Source: an uncultured Acidimicrobiaceae bacterium (GTDB lineage Bacteria > Actinomycetota > Acidimicrobiia > Spongiisociales > UBA5794). Taken from it: DNA of 57,421 nucleotides. The stretch lies in contig CAZQUB010000002.1 of the NCBI GenBank assembly GCA_964596225.1, positions 1 to 57,421 of the forward strand. The letters are read 5' to 3'. Position numbers and translations under genes: made by a program. Within the stretch, counting starts at the first letter, position 1; each line of letters starts with the position of its first letter. Below, in pieces: positions 1-11,792 of this stretch. The notes under the pieces were generated by a model, which had not been told where the DNA came from, searched no databases, and was given only the letters and a program-made list of their open reading frames with translations.

Positions 1-12
1 CGGCGACGTCGT

Positions 13-828
13 CTACCGGGGAGTGGCGGTTCCCCGCCCCTGATCCCGAGCCGGGAGCCCCCGGTCCGGCACCACGGTGACACCCCCTGCGGCGTCGACC
101 ATCACCACCACCCGCGCTCCGTAGTGGCGCTCGATGCGCTCGACGGTGAGCACCTCGACCGGGAGCCCCTCCGCCGCCACCTTCCCGTCCCCCAGCAACA
201 GCAACCGGTCCGGGAACTGGCCGGCAATGGTGAGATCGTGCATGGCGCTCACCACCGTGTGGCCCCGGTGACGCAAGGCGTCGACGAGCTGCATCGCTTC
301 CTGCTGACGGCCGATGTCGAGCGACGTGGTCGGCTCGTCCAGCAGCAGCAGGTCCGGCTCCTGGGCGAGGGCACGGGCCAGGACCGCCCGCTGCAGCTCC
401 CCGCCGCTGAGGGCGTCGAGGCGGCGGTTCGCCAACTCGACCAGGCCCATCTCCTCCAGCACCCGCCGCACCACCGCAAGGTCCTCGGCCCCCTCCGAGG
501 CGAAGTAGCCGAGATGGGGAGTCCGCCCCAGCAGCACGTAGTCGACGACGGTCATCCCGGCTGGAATGGTCGGATGCTGCGGCACCATCGCCACCGCCCG
601 CGACCACTCCCGGCGGGTCAGGCGCCGCCCCGAGCGTCCCGCCAGCCGCACCCGGCCCGCGTGGGCAACGGTCCCCGCCAGAGCCCGCAACAGGGTCGTC
701 TTCCCCGTCCCGTTCGGTCCGATCAGCCCCACCCACTCCCCCACCTCGACCGTGAGGTCGATCCCGTCGAGCACGGGATGCCCGTTGTAGGCGACCCGGA
801 TGCCCTCGGCCTGCACCATCGCGGTCAC
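13..828 (-). CDS. ABC transporter ATP-binding protein, FecE/BtuD type (siderophore/cobalamin importer family)
   Basis: 271-aa ORF. Walker A GPNGTGKTT, ABC signature LSGGELQR, Walker B LLLLDEP. GTGA start/stop overlap with the upstream permease. Last gene of the riboswitch-led operon. Confidence 0.9.
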   Translation of the reverse strand: MTAMVQAEGIRVAYNGHPVLDGIDLTVEVGEWVGLIGPNGTGKTTLLRALAGTVAHAGRVRLAGRSGRRLTRREWSRAVAMVPQHPTIPAGMTVVDYVLLGRTPHLGYFASEGAEDLAVVRRVLEEMGLVELANRRLDALSGGELQRAVLARALAQEPDLLLLDEPTTSLDIGRQQEAMQLVDALRHRGHTVVSAMHDLTIAGQFPDRLLLLGDGKVAAEGLPVEVLTVERIERHYGARVVVMVDAAGGVTVVPDRGLPARDQGRGTATPR

Positions 829-1859
829 GACGCCCCCCTCCCCCCGGTCCGTAGCACCAGTGCGAAGAACGGGGCGCCCACGAAGGCGGTCACCACCCCG
901 ATCGGCAGCTCGGCGGGCGCCACCACGGTGCGGGCCAGCAGATCGGCCACGATGAGGAAGGCGGCGCCGGCCAGCATCGAGAGCACCACGAGACGGCGGT
1001 AGCTCGGCCCCACCAGGAGCCGGAGCAGGTGCGGCACCACGATGCCGACGAAGCCGATCAGGCCGCTCACCGATACCGCCGCCGCGGTCCCCAAGGTGGC
1101 GGCGAGCACGATCACGATCCGGACCCGCGGGACGTGCACTCCCAGCGTCGCCGCCTCCTCCTCACCGACGGCGAGCACGTCGAGGTGGCGGCGATGAGCC
1201 ACCAGCACCGCCGCCATGACGAGGAAGAACGGGAGCACCACCAGCACCTCGTCCCAGCCCACCGTTCCGAGCCGGCCCAGAATCCAGGTGAACACCTCCT
1301 GCACCGTGTCCGACGAACGCTGCTGGACATACGTCTGGACCGCGGCGAAGAACGCCGCCACCGCCACCCCGGCGAGGATCAAGGTGTTGGTGCCGCGGCG
1401 CGACCCGATCCCGCCGAGGGAATAGGTGAAGACCACCGCCACGATCGCACCGGCGAATGCCGCCACCGGGAGCACCACCCCACCACCGGCGCCGAGCACG
1501 ATGGCGATGGTGGCGCCGAGGCCCGCCCCACCGGCCACCCCCAGCAGGTAGGGATCGGCCAGGGGGTTGCGGAAGACCCCCTGGTAGGCGGCGCCCGCCA
1601 CCGCCAGGGTCGCCCCGACCAGGCCGGCCAGGATCACCCGAGGAAGACGGATCTCCCACAGGATCGCCGCCTGCCGCTCCCCCAAACCCGAATCGAGCGA
1701 AACCCCGGGAAGGCGGTCGAGCACCTCCCGCAGCATCGAGCCGGCCGGGAGGGAGACGGCCCCGAAGGCCACCCCGGCCAGCACCGCCACCGCCAGCACC
1801 GCCACCGAGACCAGCAGCAGGCGGGGCCGGAGCGCACTGGGGCGGAGCGGGGTCGTCAC
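825..1859 (-). CDS. FecCD/BtuC-family ABC permease
   Basis: Polytopic hydrophobic ORF with the family-typical LAGVAVAAFFAA and GLIGFVGIVVPHLLR segments. I place the start at in-frame GTG 1859, 1 nt after the SBP stop; the 370-aa track ORF is an N-terminal over-extension. Confidence 0.85.
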   Translation of the reverse strand: MTTPLRPSALRPRLLLVSVAVLAVAVLAGVAFGAVSLPAGSMLREVLDRLPGVSLDSGLGERQAAILWEIRLPRVILAGLVGATLAVAGAAYQGVFRNPLADPYLLGVAGGAGLGATIAIVLGAGGGVVLPVAAFAGAIVAVVFTYSLGGIGSRRGTNTLILAGVAVAAFFAAVQTYVQQRSSDTVQEVFTWILGRLGTVGWDEVLVVLPFFLVMAAVLVAHRRHLDVLAVGEEEAATLGVHVPRVRIVIVLAATLGTAAAVSVSGLIGFVGIVVPHLLRLLVGPSYRRLVVLSMLAGAAFLIVADLLARTVVAPAELPIGVVTAFVGAPFFALVLRTGGRGAS

Positions 1860-1860
1860 C

Positions 1861-2787
1861 TCACATCGTCCCGGCGACGCCGTCGGCGACGGCCTGCAGC
1901 AGATCGGTGATGCGCGGACCCCAACGGCTGGCGACATCCGGGTCGAGCACGATCACCCGCCCTTCCCGCACCGCCGTCATCGTGTCCCAGCCGTCACGGG
2001 CCGCCACCGTCTCCCGGTCTTCGCCGGCGGTGGCGAGCAGGATCACGTCGGGATCGGCGTCCACGATGAACTCGGCGGTGAGTTGGGGGAAGCCCGAGCC
2101 GAACTCGTCGGGCGCCGCGTCGGCGATGTTCTCCATCCCGAGACGGCCGAGGAGGCGACCGACGAAGGTGGACGAGTTCGGGGTGTAGTAGCTGAACGGG
2201 TCGGTCTCGTAGTAGTAGCTGAGGCCGCTGCCGCGGTCGCCGAAACCGGCGACGATGGCTTCCAGATCGCTGCGGAGGGAAGCGACGAGGGCGGCGCTCT
2301 CCGCCAGGTGGCCGGTGGCGGCGCCCAGCACCTCGATCTCCTGGTAGACGTCCTCCACCGATTCGGCGGTGGTGAACAGCACCGTGGGGATGCCGACCGC
2401 CTCCAGGGCGGCGACGGCATCTCCCGGGTCGTAGCTGAGCACCACCAGGTCGGGATCGAGAGCGATGACGGCCTCGACGTTGAGGTTGAAGGCGTCGATC
2501 TTGGTGAGACGGTCGGTATCCGGTGGATAGTCGGAGTTGACGTCGCCCGCCATGACGGCGGCGCCGGCGCCGATGGCGTACAGCATCTCGACGTGGGTGG
2601 CGGACAGCGCCGCGATCCGGTGCGGCTCGGTTGGGACGGTCACCGCGCCGGCGTCGCTCCGCACCGCCACCGGGAAGGCGGCAGCATCGATCGTGGGCAC
2701 GGCGGTGGTCGTGGGCGCCGCGGTGGTGCTGCATCCGGCGGCGCCGACTAGCACGACGGCGAGCACGAACCCAAGGGTGGATCTCAC
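1861..2787 (-). CDS. Periplasmic-binding-protein (BtuF/FhuD-like) lipoprotein of the ABC importer
   Basis: 308 aa. Lipoprotein signal MRSTLGFVLAVVLVGAAGC. Cluster-A SBP-like sequence. GGAG RBS upstream of GTG 2787. First gene after the cobalamin riboswitch. Confidence 0.85.
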   Translation of the reverse strand: MRSTLGFVLAVVLVGAAGCSTTAAPTTTAVPTIDAAAFPVAVRSDAGAVTVPTEPHRIAALSATHVEMLYAIGAGAAVMAGDVNSDYPPDTDRLTKIDAFNLNVEAVIALDPDLVVLSYDPGDAVAALEAVGIPTVLFTTAESVEDVYQEIEVLGAATGHLAESAALVASLRSDLEAIVAGFGDRGSGLSYYYETDPFSYYTPNSSTFVGRLLGRLGMENIADAAPDEFGSGFPQLTAEFIVDADPDVILLATAGEDRETVAARDGWDTMTAVREGRVIVLDPDVASRWGPRITDLLQAVADGVAGTM

Positions 2788-2802
2788 GGGTGGACGCTCC
2801 TC

Positions 2803-2985
2803 TCTCTCGGAGGAGGTCCTGCGGTGGTTGTGAGGTCTGCCCCTCCTCCGAGAGCGCGCTCACCGCCACCTGGAGAGGCGACCTGGCTCGTCCCCGAAGG
2901 GCTTCACAGTTGCGGGACAGCGCCGGATTCACACCGGACTTCGCTCTTCACGCGGCGTCCCGATCGGCGATCGGGAACCGCGGCG
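2803..2985 (-). promoter_or_regulatory. Cobalamin (B12) riboswitch with expression-platform hairpin
   Basis: The minus-strand read GUGAAGAGCGAAGUCCGGUGUGAAUCCGGCGCUGUCCCGCAACUGUGAAGCCCUUCGGGGACGAGCCAGGUCGCC matches the conserved cobalamin aptamer core (GAAGAGxGAA..CCGGUGxGAAUCCGGxxCUGxCCCGCAACUGU ... GAGCCAGG). It is followed by a perfect 13-bp stem (CTCTCGGAGGAGG 2803-2815 / CCTCCTCCGAGAG 2842-2854) ending next to the SBP RBS. Confidence 0.85.
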
Positions 2986-3194
2986 CAGCATAGCCCTATG
3001 CAGGGCGGCCCGCTCTGCCCGGCGCCGACGCCGCGACCCGCTCACTAGCCTGGGCTCATGACACCCCGCAAGTGGGCTCTCGCCCTGCTCGCCGCCGCCG
3101 TTGCGGCCGCCGTCCTGACCCGGAGACCGGTCCGGCCGCCCGCCATGGACGGCACCTGGCATCCGGCCGACGCGGCACGACCATCCCACTGACC

Positions 3195-3956
3195 GTGCGG
3201 ATCGCCATCCACCACACCTCCGAGGTCGGTGTCCGCGCCGGAAGGATCGTCCTCGCCGAACGCGAGGTCACGATGGTGGGCCTGGTGGATCGTGACGTTC
3301 GACCTCCCGACGATCGCCTGGAGCGGATCACCGACCTCGCCGGCTACGACGTCATCGGGAGCGATGATCCGGCGCCGCAGCGGCGGGTGGAGGCCGCCCT
3401 CGCCGCCGGCATCGACTGCGTCCTCTGGATCGACGCCGCCGACCTCGCCGAGGCGTACGGTGACGAGTTCGCCCGGCGTGGCCTCACGCTGCTCCGAGGC
3501 TGCAACCTGGGCTCCGGGATCGCCCCGGCGCTCGCCTCCCACGAGATGGCCCGCGCCGCCGGCGCGCTCGACACCACGATCGCCTGGACCGAACCGGGCA
3601 CGCCCCTGCGGCGCGGCGAGGCGATCCCGTTCCCTGATCCGGTCGGGGCCCGCTGGGCCAAGGCCCGCTCCACCCCGGCCGCCGATCGAGCCTTCGTGGC
3701 GCGAGTCGACGGCGAATGGGCAGGAGCGATGGCACGGGTCACCGCGGCCGGCGACGACGGGGTCGTCACCCGGATCGTCGGTGTGGCCGACGTGGCCCCG
3801 CATCTCGAGGCGCTGGCGCTCGCCGCCGGGCTCCTCGCAGTGGGGTCGTACCCGCCCGGCCCGCAGTGGCCGGGCGCCGTTGCCGAGTCCTACCTGACCC
3901 GGGCCCTCACCGCCGGGCTCACCGTCGCGTCCTACGCCATGACGACGGAAGTCTGA
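3195..3956 (+). CDS. Hypothetical protein (no confidently recognisable domain)
   Basis: In-frame GTG at 3195 within the 294-aa track ORF. Strong G/C third-position bias. The upstream part of the ORF is Arg/Pro-rich junk. Function not recognised by eye. Confidence 0.55.
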   Translation: MRIAIHHTSEVGVRAGRIVLAEREVTMVGLVDRDVRPPDDRLERITDLAGYDVIGSDDPAPQRRVEAALAAGIDCVLWIDAADLAEAYGDEFARRGLTLLRGCNLGSGIAPALASHEMARAAGALDTTIAWTEPGTPLRRGEAIPFPDPVGARWAKARSTPAADRAFVARVDGEWAGAMARVTAAGDDGVVTRIVGVADVAPHLEALALAAGLLAVGSYPPGPQWPGAVAESYLTRALTAGLTVASYAMTTEV

Positions 3957-4007
3957 GGAACCCGCCCGAAACTCTCTCGGTGGATGACGATGGCGCGCCC
4001 GCCGAAC

Positions 4008-4490
4008 TCAGCCGGCGCTGGTCTCCCGGTCCGCAACCGTCTCCGGATGCGGCCTGGCGGGAGCCTCGGGCGGGGCCGGCTGGCGGGGACGATGGATGGC
4101 GGGGCGGACCCGTGGCGCCACCGCCGGGGCAGCCGCGACGTTGTACGTCTCCTCCAGCACCGTCACCTCGATCCCGCCGACCATGTCGGAGATGAGGTTG
4201 TAGATGACGGCGGCCAGCGTCATGAACCCGGTCATGACGACGACACCGATCACCGTGAGCAACACGACGATCCGGAAGTAGAGGGCTCCGTCGATGGTGA
4301 TGGTGAGGGTCAGGCTCTCGAACAGTTCGACGATGCGTTCGGGAATCCCGCGCTGGAGGACGATCGACCACATGACCCAGGTGCCGAGCACGAAGACGAG
4401 GCCGGCGATGGCGTTGAACACCAACGACGCTTTGAGAACGGTCCACGGGTCGATCTTGCGGATCACCCGTCGTACCCGACGTACTGCCAT
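4008..4490 (-). CDS. DUF3566-type transmembrane protein (conserved downstream of gyrA in actinobacteria)
   Basis: ATG at 4490 (MAVRRVRRVIRKIDPWTVLKASLVFNAIAGL...). Two or more TM helices and a Pro/Ala-rich tail. Its position directly after gyrA matches mycobacterial Rv0007-like genes. Confidence 0.8.
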   Translation of the reverse strand: MAVRRVRRVIRKIDPWTVLKASLVFNAIAGLVFVLGTWVMWSIVLQRGIPERIVELFESLTLTITIDGALYFRIVVLLTVIGVVVMTGFMTLAAVIYNLISDMVGGIEVTVLEETYNVAAAPAVAPRVRPAIHRPRQPAPPEAPARPHPETVADRETSAG

Positions 4491-4587
4491 CACAGGCTCC
4501 TCTGGGATGCCGGGAGTGTACCCCCCGACCCGCGGCAACGGACGCGACGGGGATGCAACGGTCGCGACCCCCCGCCGGGTTCCCGGA

Positions 4588-7017
4588 TCACTCCTCGTCG
4601 TCCTTCGGGACCAACGCCGCAGCCGACAAGGTGGCACCTTCGGCGAGGTTGATCACCCGCACCCCGGTGGAATCGCGGCGCTGCCGGCTGATCGTGTCGG
4701 CCGCCTGGCGGATCACGATGCCGTCGGAGGAGATCACGAAGATCTCGTCGCCGGGTGAGACCGCCCGCGCCGCCACCAGGTCGCCCCGCACCCGGGTGAG
4801 CTTCATCGCCTTCACCCCGATGCCGCCGCGGGTCTGGCGCCGGAACTCGGACATCTTGGTGCGTTTCCCGTACCCGCCGGAGCTGAGCAGGAGCAGGTCG
4901 TCGCCGTCGCTGGCGCAAGCTCCCGCCACCACCTCGTCGCCCGACCGGAGCCGGATGCCTCGCACCCCTTGGGTGTCGCGCCCCATGGGACGGACGTCGT
5001 TCTCGGAGAACCTGATCCCCTGCCCGTTGCGGGTCACCATGACGAGGTCGGTGTCGCCGCCGGTGGTCCGGACCGCCACCACCTCGTCGCCCTCCTGCAG
5101 CTTGATCGCCACCAGCACCTGGTTGCGGGAGTCGTAGTCCTCGAACCGGGTCTTCTTCACCTGACCGAGCTTGGTGAAGGCGACCAGGTACTGCGAGGTG
5201 TCGTAGCCGCGGGTGTCGATGATCGCCTCGACCCGCTCGTCCGGCCCCATCGGCAACACCGACTGGATGAGAGCCCCCTTCGCGGTGCGGTCCTGGCGGG
5301 GAATCTGGTGGGCGCGGGCCCGGTACACCTTGCCCTGGTTGGTGAAGAACAGCAGGTAGGCGTGGGCGGTGGTGTGGAGGACGTGGGTGATGATGTCGTC
5401 CTCGCGGAGTTGGGCGCCCCGCACCCCACGGCCTCCCCGACCCTGGGTGCGGTAGGCACGGGCCAGCACCGACTTGACGTAGCCCGCATTCGACACCGTG
5501 AGGACGAGGTCCTCGTCGGCGATGAGGTCCTCGAGGGACAGCTCGCCCTCGTCGGGGATGATGCGGGAGCGGCGGGCGTCGCCGTACTTCTCCTTGATGG
5601 CGGTGAGTTCCTCCCCCACCAGCGCCCGGCGCCGGTGCTCGTCGGCGAGGATCTCCTCCAGCTCGGCGATGAGCGCCTGCAGGTCGTCGTACTCCTGCCG
5701 CAGCTTGTCGGTCTCGAGGGCGGTGAGGCGCCGCAGCGGCATGTCGAGGATGTGGTTCGCCTGCACCTCGCTCAGCGAGAAGCGCTCCATCAAGGTGTGG
5801 CGGGCGTGCTCGACGTCGGCCGAGCTGCGAATGATCTGGACCACCTCGTCGATGTTGTCGAGGGCGATGAGCAGCCCCTCGACGATGTGGGCCCGGTCCC
5901 GGGCTCGCTGCAAGCGGAACCGGCTGCGCCGCTCGATCACCTCGAGCTGGTGGTCGATGTAGTAGCCGACGAGCTTGTCGATGCTCAGCGTCCGTGGCAC
6001 CCCGTCGACGAGCGCCACCGCGTTCACCCCGAACGTATCCTCGAGCTGGGTGTGCTTGAAGATCTGGTTGAGGACGACCTGGGGGTTGGCGTCCCGCTTC
6101 AGTTCGATCACGAGACGGATCCCGTCCCGGTTCGATTCGTTGCGGAGGTCGGCGATCCCTGCGAGGGTCTTGTCGCGCACCAGATCGGCGATCTTGGTCA
6201 TGACCCGGTCGATACTCACCTGATACGGGATCTCGGAGACCACGATCGCCATCCGGTTCTTCCGGACCTCGATGACCTCTGTGACGGCGCGCATCCGCAC
6301 CGAACCGCGGCCGGTGAGCAAGGCATCCTTCACCCCCCGATTGCCGAGGATGAAGGCCCCGGTCGGGAAGTCGGGTCCCTGGACGAACTCGCAGAGGTCC
6401 TCCGCGGTGGCGTCGGGATGGTCGAGGGTGTAGAGCACCGCGTCGCACACCTCGCGGAGGTTGTGGGGCGGGATGTTGGTGGCCATGCCGACCGCGATCC
6501 CTGTGGACCCGTTGACCAGCAGGTTGGGGAACCGGGAGGGAAGCACGGTCGGCTCCTGGCGTTCCCCCGAGTAGTTGTCGACGAAGTCGACGGTGTCCTC
6601 GTCGATGCCTTCGAGGAGGTGGAGCGCGATCGGCGCCATCCGGGTCTCGGTGTACCGCATGGCGGCGGGCGGATCGTCGACCGTCCCGAAGTTGCCCTGA
6701 GGCTGTACCAAGGGGTAGCGCGACGCGAAGTCCTGCCCGAGACGCACCAAGGCGTCGTAGATGGCGTCGTTGGAGTGGGGGTGGAACCAGCCCATGACGT
6801 CACCGACGACCCGGGCGCACTTACGGAACGGGGTCCCGGGACGGATGCCCGAGTCGTACATCGAGTACAGGATGCGGCGGTGGACGGGCTTCAGGCCGTC
6901 CCGGACGTCGGGGAGGGCCCGGGACACGATGACCGACATGGCGTACTCGAGGAAGGATTCCTCCATCTCGCGTTCGATGTCGATCGGGCGGACATTGGTG
7001 CTGTCGTTGTTGGGCAT
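4588..7017 (-). CDS. gyrA: DNA gyrase subunit A
   Basis: 809 aa. N-terminal [12 protein letters not shown], active-site AAMRYTE (Tyr) motif, C-terminal beta-pinwheel repeats. Confidence 0.98.
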   Translation of the reverse strand: MPNNDSTNVRPIDIEREMEESFLEYAMSVIVSRALPDVRDGLKPVHRRILYSMYDSGIRPGTPFRKCARVVGDVMGWFHPHSNDAIYDALVRLGQDFASRYPLVQPQGNFGTVDDPPAAMRYTETRMAPIALHLLEGIDEDTVDFVDNYSGERQEPTVLPSRFPNLLVNGSTGIAVGMATNIPPHNLREVCDAVLYTLDHPDATAEDLCEFVQGPDFPTGAFILGNRGVKDALLTGRGSVRMRAVTEVIEVRKNRMAIVVSEIPYQVSIDRVMTKIADLVRDKTLAGIADLRNESNRDGIRLVIELKRDANPQVVLNQIFKHTQLEDTFGVNAVALVDGVPRTLSIDKLVGYYIDHQLEVIERRSRFRLQRARDRAHIVEGLLIALDNIDEVVQIIRSSADVEHARHTLMERFSLSEVQANHILDMPLRRLTALETDKLRQEYDDLQALIAELEEILADEHRRRALVGEELTAIKEKYGDARRSRIIPDEGELSLEDLIADEDLVLTVSNAGYVKSVLARAYRTQGRGGRGVRGAQLREDDIITHVLHTTAHAYLLFFTNQGKVYRARAHQIPRQDRTAKGALIQSVLPMGPDERVEAIIDTRGYDTSQYLVAFTKLGQVKKTRFEDYDSRNQVLVAIKLQEGDEVVAVRTTGGDTDLVMVTRNGQGIRFSENDVRPMGRDTQGVRGIRLRSGDEVVAGACASDGDDLLLLSSGGYGKRTKMSEFRRQTRGGIGVKAMKLTRVRGDLVAARAVSPGDEIFVISSDGIVIRQAADTISRQRRDSTGVRVINLAEGATLSAAALVPKDDEE

Positions 7018-7037
7018 CGTCGCTCTCGGCTGGTCGG

Positions 7038-9017
<1,980 letters not shown>

Positions 9018-9019
9018 TC

Positions 9020-9025
9020 ATTATA
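9020..9025 (-). promoter_or_regulatory. Candidate gyrB promoter -10 hexamer (TATAAT on the minus strand) inside an AT-rich island
   Basis: The minus strand reads ...GGATTATCAGGGGTTTTAGCTATAATGACACGG... about 57 nt upstream of the gyrB start. A perfect TATAAT in an otherwise GC-rich genome; no convincing -35. Confidence 0.35.
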
Positions 9026-9080
9026 GCTAAAACCCCTGATAATCCGGCATTCTTCGCGTGCCGCGACCCCACCACCGCGG

Positions 9081-9410
9081 CTACGGAACCGCCCCGCGGT
9101 GACGGGCGGTGCGGAGCTGCACCGACGTGATCACCCCTCCCCCGAGCGCCTCGTCGAGGCGGCGCCGCAGGGCCGCGGCCTCGAAGCGCAACCGGGAAGC
9201 GGCCAGGCCGTCGTCCACCTCGACGACCAGCACACCTCGCTCCAGCCGGACCGGCCGCGACCGCTCCTCCCACGTCGGGCCGGCCGCCTCCGCCCACACC
9301 CCGAGGACCCGGAGGATGCCGCCCCGTTCGGTGCGCCCGATTCGGGAGAGCACACCGTCGAGCACGTCACCGACCTGTCGCATCTCACGGCCCTTCGATC
9401 CTTCGCTCAC
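9081..9410 (-). CDS. DUF721 protein (DciA-like, the replicative helicase operator family found between recF and gyrB)
   Basis: 109 aa. DUF721-like pattern (LGVWAEAAGP...RPVRLERGVLVVEVDDGLAASRLRFEAAALRRRL). GTGA overlap with the recF stop. An alternative ATG lies at 9383. Confidence 0.75.
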   Translation of the reverse strand: MSEGSKGREMRQVGDVLDGVLSRIGRTERGGILRVLGVWAEAAGPTWEERSRPVRLERGVLVVEVDDGLAASRLRFEAAALRRRLDEALGGGVITSVQLRTARHRGAVP

Positions 9411-10516
9411 GTCAACCGGCCACCTTCCACCACCCAGCGCCGTCCTTCCACCGCCACGTCATCATCCCTCGCGGTAGTGACAAAGACCTGGCCCCGCGGC
9501 AGCAGCTCCATCACCCCCGACACCCGCGACAGGTCGAGTTCGGAGAACACATCGTCGAGCAACAGGATGGGCGGAAAGCCGTGCCGGTCCTCCAGCATGT
9601 GATACGCCGCCAGCCTCATGCTGAGCGCCACCGACCGCTGCTCGCCCTGGCTGGCCCGGGTCCGGACCGGCATGCCGTCGAGTTCGAAGCCCGGCTCGTC
9701 GCGGTGGGCGCCGGCGGTCGTGGTGCGCTGTTCCAGATCACGTCGGCGCCGCTCCCCGAGCGCCGCGACCAGCGCCGCGGCCAGCTCGCCGGCCGCCGGG
9801 ACCCGACCCGACCCGACCAGAGGGATCTCGGCCCACTTCGCCACATACGTGGGACGGAGCACCGCCGTGTCGTCGCCCACCGTGCGATAGGCGCTCTCGA
9901 GCCACGGCACCAGCCGCTCCAGCAGGGTGAGCCGGTGTTCCAGCACTTTCGCGGCCGCTTCCGCCAGCCGGCGATCCCACACGTCGAGGGTGAGCGGATC
10001 GGCGTCCCTCCCGTCGCGCCGCAACAGGGCGTTGCGCTGCCGCAGCGCCTTGTCGTATTCGGCCCGATCGGCCGCCGCTGCCGGTGCCAGCTGGGCGGCC
10101 AGCTCATCGAGGTACTCCCGGCGCAGGGCGGGTCCGCGTTTCACCATGTCGAGATCGTCGGGAAGGAAATGGACCACCGGCACCTCGGCGGCCACTGCGG
10201 CATGGCGGGACGGCCGCTTGCCGTTGAGGAGCACGCTGCGGCGACCCTCCACCCGAATCTGGACCTCGACCCGGACCTCGCCGTTGCTGCGGGAGAACCC
10301 TCCCCGCACGATCGCTTCCGCCGCACCGTCCCGTATCAGGGCCTCGTCGGGGGCACGCCGGAACGAGCGCAAGGCAGAGAGATAGGCGACCGCTTCCAGC
10401 ACGTTCGTCTTGCCGGCTCCGTTGTCTCCGACGAACACGTTGATCCCGGGATCCGGCTCGAGGTGCAGTTCCCGATACGACCGGAAGTCCCGGAGCTCGA
10501 GCCAGTCGAGGCGCAC
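9407..10516 (-). CDS. recF: DNA replication/repair protein RecF
   Basis: 369 aa. Walker A GDNGAGKTN, SMC-type signature SQGEQRS, Walker B LLLDDVFSELD. Confidence 0.95.
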   Translation of the reverse strand: MRLDWLELRDFRSYRELHLEPDPGINVFVGDNGAGKTNVLEAVAYLSALRSFRRAPDEALIRDGAAEAIVRGGFSRSNGEVRVEVQIRVEGRRSVLLNGKRPSRHAAVAAEVPVVHFLPDDLDMVKRGPALRREYLDELAAQLAPAAAADRAEYDKALRQRNALLRRDGRDADPLTLDVWDRRLAEAAAKVLEHRLTLLERLVPWLESAYRTVGDDTAVLRPTYVAKWAEIPLVGSGRVPAAGELAAALVAALGERRRRDLEQRTTTAGAHRDEPGFELDGMPVRTRASQGEQRSVALSMRLAAYHMLEDRHGFPPILLLDDVFSELDLSRVSGVMELLPRGQVFVTTARDDDVAVEGRRWVVEGGRLT

Positions 10517-10525
10517 CGCGGCCCG

Positions 10526-11605
10526 CTAGAGACGGACCGGCATCAGCAGGTAGCGGAAGGCGTCGTCGCCGGTGCCGTGCAGCAGGCCCGGCTTGAGGGC
10601 GTCGCTCGTCTCGAGCACGATCTCGTCGGAGTCCACCGCGTTGACTCCGTCGGTGAGATACCGGGTGTTGAACGCAATGATGATGTCGTCCCCCGAGTAC
10701 TCGCCGGCGAGATGCTCCGTCTCCTCCCCCACCTCCTGACGGGACACGCTCAGCTCGACGCCGCCCTGATGCAGACTGAGCCGCACCGGGATGTGATCCT
10801 CGGCCACCAGCGAGGCGCGGGCGACGGCATCGAGGAGACCTTCCTTGCTCACCGTGAGCCGGTTCGGATACGAATCGGGAAGGAGCTGCCGATAGTTCGG
10901 GTAGTTGCTCTCGATGATGCGGACCGTGAGCTGACCCCTTCCGGACGCGAACACCGCCTCCCGCTCGTCGAATGCCATGGTCAGCTTGGGCTCACCGACG
11001 GTCCGGCCCAGCTCCCGCAAGGCCCGATATGGCACCAACGTGGTGCTGGGCGCCGCCACCGCCGGCAGATCCCGTACCGCGAGCCGGTACGAATCGGTGG
11101 CCACCAGGCGCAAGCTCTCCTCGTTCCCCTCGAACAGGATCCCGGTCAGGGTCGGACGTCCCTCGTCACTCGAGGCGGCGACCCCCACCTGCGAAAGCGC
11201 CTTCGCCATCAGGTCGCCGTCGATCTCGATCCCGTTCCCGGCCGCGACCTCGGGAAGCTGGGGGTAGTCGTCGACACTCATCTCCCGGAGCCGGAAGCGG
11301 GGACCGTTGCCGGTGATCTCGACCTCGCCGTCTGCGGCCGTCATGGCGACCGCCCCGGCCGGGAGCTTGCGGACCGCCTCCGCCGCCAGCTTGGCCGGCA
11401 CCACCGTACGACCCTCTTCCAGCACCTCGACTTCGAGATTGGTGCGGATGGTCACCTCGGTGTCGGTACCGGTCACGACCAAGGTCCGACCCGAGACCTG
11501 ACACAGCAGGCCCTGCAGGATGGGCAGCGCCGAACGTGCGCCTACGGCCCGACCGGCTCGGGCGAGAACGTCAGCAAGATCATCTCTTTCGGCTCTGATA
11601 CGCAC
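10526..11605 (-). CDS. dnaN: DNA polymerase III beta sliding clamp
   Basis: 359 aa. Three-domain beta-clamp pattern ending in the ...RYLLMPVRL C-terminus. GTG start at 11605. Positioned dnaA-dnaN-recF. Confidence 0.95.
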   Translation of the reverse strand: MRIRAERDDLADVLARAGRAVGARSALPILQGLLCQVSGRTLVVTGTDTEVTIRTNLEVEVLEEGRTVVPAKLAAEAVRKLPAGAVAMTAADGEVEITGNGPRFRLREMSVDDYPQLPEVAAGNGIEIDGDLMAKALSQVGVAASSDEGRPTLTGILFEGNEESLRLVATDSYRLAVRDLPAVAAPSTTLVPYRALRELGRTVGEPKLTMAFDEREAVFASGRGQLTVRIIESNYPNYRQLLPDSYPNRLTVSKEGLLDAVARASLVAEDHIPVRLSLHQGGVELSVSRQEVGEETEHLAGEYSGDDIIIAFNTRYLTDGVNAVDSDEIVLETSDALKPGLLHGTGDDAFRYLLMPVRL

Positions 11606-11792
11606 AGTTGCTATCCCTCTGCTCTTCTCTTTGAACTATTCCAAACAGTAGTGGTGGTAGTAGGGCGTGTGGATTGGGGAGAACTCGCGAAGGCCCTGGT
11701 GAGAGGGGGGAGATCGGCCCACAGCGGATGGGGATACCACGCGGGTTGTCCCCAGGAGGGAGCCGTGCCCGGCGCATCGTGGGGAGAAGTGG
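11606..11792. other. dnaA-dnaN spacer: candidate oriC segment (DnaA-box-like 9-mers plus an AT-rich island)
   Basis: TTGTCCCCA at 11746-11754, TGTGGATTG (reverse of CAATCCACA) at 11668-11676, and an AT-rich stretch at 11622-11650 (ctcttctctttgaactattccaaacagta). Confidence 0.45.
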
